A DNA stretch of 64,000 nucleotides from Leucoraja erinacea (lineage: Eukaryota), in NCBI RefSeq assembly GCF_028641065.1, contig NC_073391.1, forward strand, positions 36,022,001 to 36,086,000. Direction: 5' to 3'. The notes beneath the pieces are model-generated. The model made no database searches and was not told the DNA's origin. It saw nothing but the letters and a program-made list of their open reading frames with translations. Below, in pieces: positions 61,645 to 64,000 of this stretch; position 1 is the first letter of the stretch; each line of letters opens with the position of its first letter. Both the position numbers and the translations under genes were made by a program.

Positions 61645-62157
61645 AGCCCCTGTAATAGTGGTGATGTTGAAAATTCAAAGTCAATGTTGCGAGGGTAATA
61701 CAGTAACAAGAGTCAGCTTAAAAATATATATAAACTGGGCAAATCAAATTACCACCAATAATGTGGAGCATGAATTCCTGGAATGTATATAAATTGGATT
61801 TCTCGTTAGATACATTAAGGGACTGACAGGGGAATAGGCTGTATTAGATCTAATTAAAATGAAAACACCCTGCTGATTCTGTAAGTCTAAAATTTTTTTT
61901 TTAAAAGAGCTGTAAATATTCAGTTGTGAAGGCCACATCTGTGGGAAGAGAAACGGACAATGTTTCAGGTCGAAGACCCTTTCTCAGAACTGGGAAAGAC
62001 AGGAAAGAAACTTGCTGAGCTGCAGAGAAGGTAGGAGAGGGACGATTTATCTGATAGAATAAAAACAGGGTGAGCATGGTTACCTGGTCATTAAGTGATT
62101 AGGTAAGATTGGAGAACAAGTACATAGGCAAAATAATCCTTGGTTAGTAAGCTTACT

Positions 62158-63630
62158 GATGACATCAAGATTGCCTGGGTCGTGGACTGCGAGGAAGGTT
62201 ATCACAGATCAGCTACAGAAATGGGTGGTCAAATGGCAGATGGAGTTCAACCTGAGCAAGTTTACAGATGACACTAAAGGGGGTGGTGTTGTAGATTGTG
62301 AAGATGGTTATCAAAAATCACAGCAGGATCGTAATCAGTTGGGCAAATGGCCTGAGGATTGGCTAATGGAGTTTAATGCATATAATGGTGAGGCGTTGGA
62401 TTTTGGCAACTTAAATCGGGGCAGAGTCTTCACAGTGAATGGCAGGGCTCTGGGGAGCATTGTAGAGCAGAGGGATTGAGGAGTGCAGGTACATAGTTTC
62501 TTGAAAGTCACGTCACAAATATACATGCATTTGGCACATTGACCTTCAACAGGCACAGTGTTGAGTCTAGAAGCTGGGATGTTATGTTACAGTTTAGTTT
62601 TAGTTTAGAGATACAGCAAGGAAACAAGCTCTTCGGCCCACTCAGTCTGCGCCGACCAGCGATACGCGCACACTAACACTATCCTACACACGATAGGTAC
62701 AAGTTACAATTTTACTGAAGCCAAATTACCTACAAACCTGCACGTCTTTGGAGTGTGGAGGAAACCGTGGCAACTAGAGAAAACCCACATTGGTCACGAG
62801 TGAACATACAAACTCTGTACAGACAGTAACTGTGGTCAGGATCGACCTTGGGTCTCTGACAGTGCAAGGCAGCAATTCTACCGCTATGCCACCGTGCCGC
62901 CCCAGTTGAACAAGACATTGGTGAGGCCACATTCTGAGTATCGCATACATTTGGTCACCCTACTATAGTAAAGCTGGAAAGAGTGCAGAAAAGATTTAAG
63001 AGTACGTTTGCCAGGACTTGTGAGCTTGAGCCATAGGGATAGGTTAGGCAGGTGAGGACTTTATTCCTTGGAGTGCAGGAAGATGAAGGATGATCTTATA
63101 GATTATATGATCTTGCATACCCCCATGATCATGATGGGAATAGTTTGGGCAGAGCCTTTTACCCTGAGTAGGGGAATCATGAACCAGAGGTCATAGGTTT
63201 AAGATGAGAGAGGATTTATTAGGATTCTGAGGGGCAACTTGTGTACAGAGTGTGGTGGGTATATAGAATGAACTATTCTGTACATTACTAAAAGGCTTGG
63301 ATAGAATGTATGTGGAGAGAACATTTCCACTAGTGGAAGAGTCCAGGACTAGAGATTATAGCCTCAGAATTAATGGACGTTCCTTCAGGAAGGTGATGAG
63401 GAGGAATTTCTTTAGTCAGAGATTAGTCAGGAATCTGTGAAATATCCAAGTCCGTGGATATTTTTAAGGCAGAGATAGATAGATTCTTAATTAGTACATG
63501 TGTCGGAGGTTATGAGGAGAAGGCAGGAGAATGTTAGGAGGAGGAGATAGATCAACCATGATTGAATGGCGGAGTAAACTTGATGGGCCGAAAGGTCTAA
63601 CTCTGTTCCTATCAGTTATGATCTTATGTC
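62158..63630 (+). mobile_element. Decayed CR1/HER1 LINE fragments (RT to 3' tail) with a nested SINE
   Basis: SKFTDDTK..YQK.QQD..QLGKW..W.MEFN, VRPH, LERVQKRF remnants and the CR1 tail. Confidence 0.85.
62593..62903 (-). mobile_element. HE1/V-SINE-like SINE nested in CR1
   Basis: Head GGGGCGGCACGGTGGCATAGCGGTAGAATTGCTGCC and (CTAAA)n tail. The host LINE resumes at agttgaacaagacattgg. Confidence 0.85.
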
Positions 63631-64000
63631 TAGTTAAGGGCTCTAAATAATTACATAACTAGCAATCTCAAGCATCGTAGTATAAAGAAAATCATTGTGT
63701 TCCACTACAAGTCTGTGTTCAACTTCTAGTCATTCTGTAATAATAGACTAGCTCTGTAATAATAGACCAGCTCTGTCAAGGCATCACCAGCTGATTCTTA
63801 TAGTTTCGAGAACATCAAAGACTTTAGGGACAGGCAGGAAAATGAACTTTAGCCCATGATCAATACTCTATTTTTCTCAGCTTGTTTTATTTTTTTCCTT
63901 CCTCTCCTGATTTTCTTCTTTACTCTCCTTCTCCTCATCTCTGTCATCACCCATCCTCCTCATTCTGCATTCTCTTTTCCTTTGGTTTGTTCCGCTGCAT

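Overview
Vertebrate genomic DNA, most likely a skate or ray (inferred from HE1/V-SINE-like and HER1/CR1-like repeats). It carries the conserved block SIRT1(-) / DNAJC12(+) / tRNA-Ser(TGA)(-) / CTNNA3(+), in the same order and relative orientation as human 10q21.3 as I recall it. SIRT1 exons 1-7, all five DNAJC12 coding exons and the first two CTNNA3 coding exons were traced by hand with GT-AG boundaries and consistent phases. The exception is an apparent +1 homopolymer frameshift in SIRT1 exon 3. The rest is dense in decayed retroelements (CR1, Rex/Babar, RTE, tRNA-SINEs) and a few DNA transposons. The most striking hidden structure is a very abundant family (>20 copies) of 100-300 bp Penelope-like (PLE) mini-elements. 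They carry a minimal hammerhead-ribozyme motif (CUGAAGA-stem II-GAAACGUH), are often arranged as palindromic inverted pairs with 9-18 bp target-site duplications and a ~36-nt 3' extension, and are tied to an autonomous parent by a GIY-YIG-type C-terminal ORF remnant. A ~1 kb nested-palindrome TA-flanked MITE sits between the divergent SIRT1 and DNAJC12 promoters. Nearly all ORFs in the supplied track are spurious or TE remnants. Repeat boundaries are approximate and family names come from recalled motifs, not database searches.
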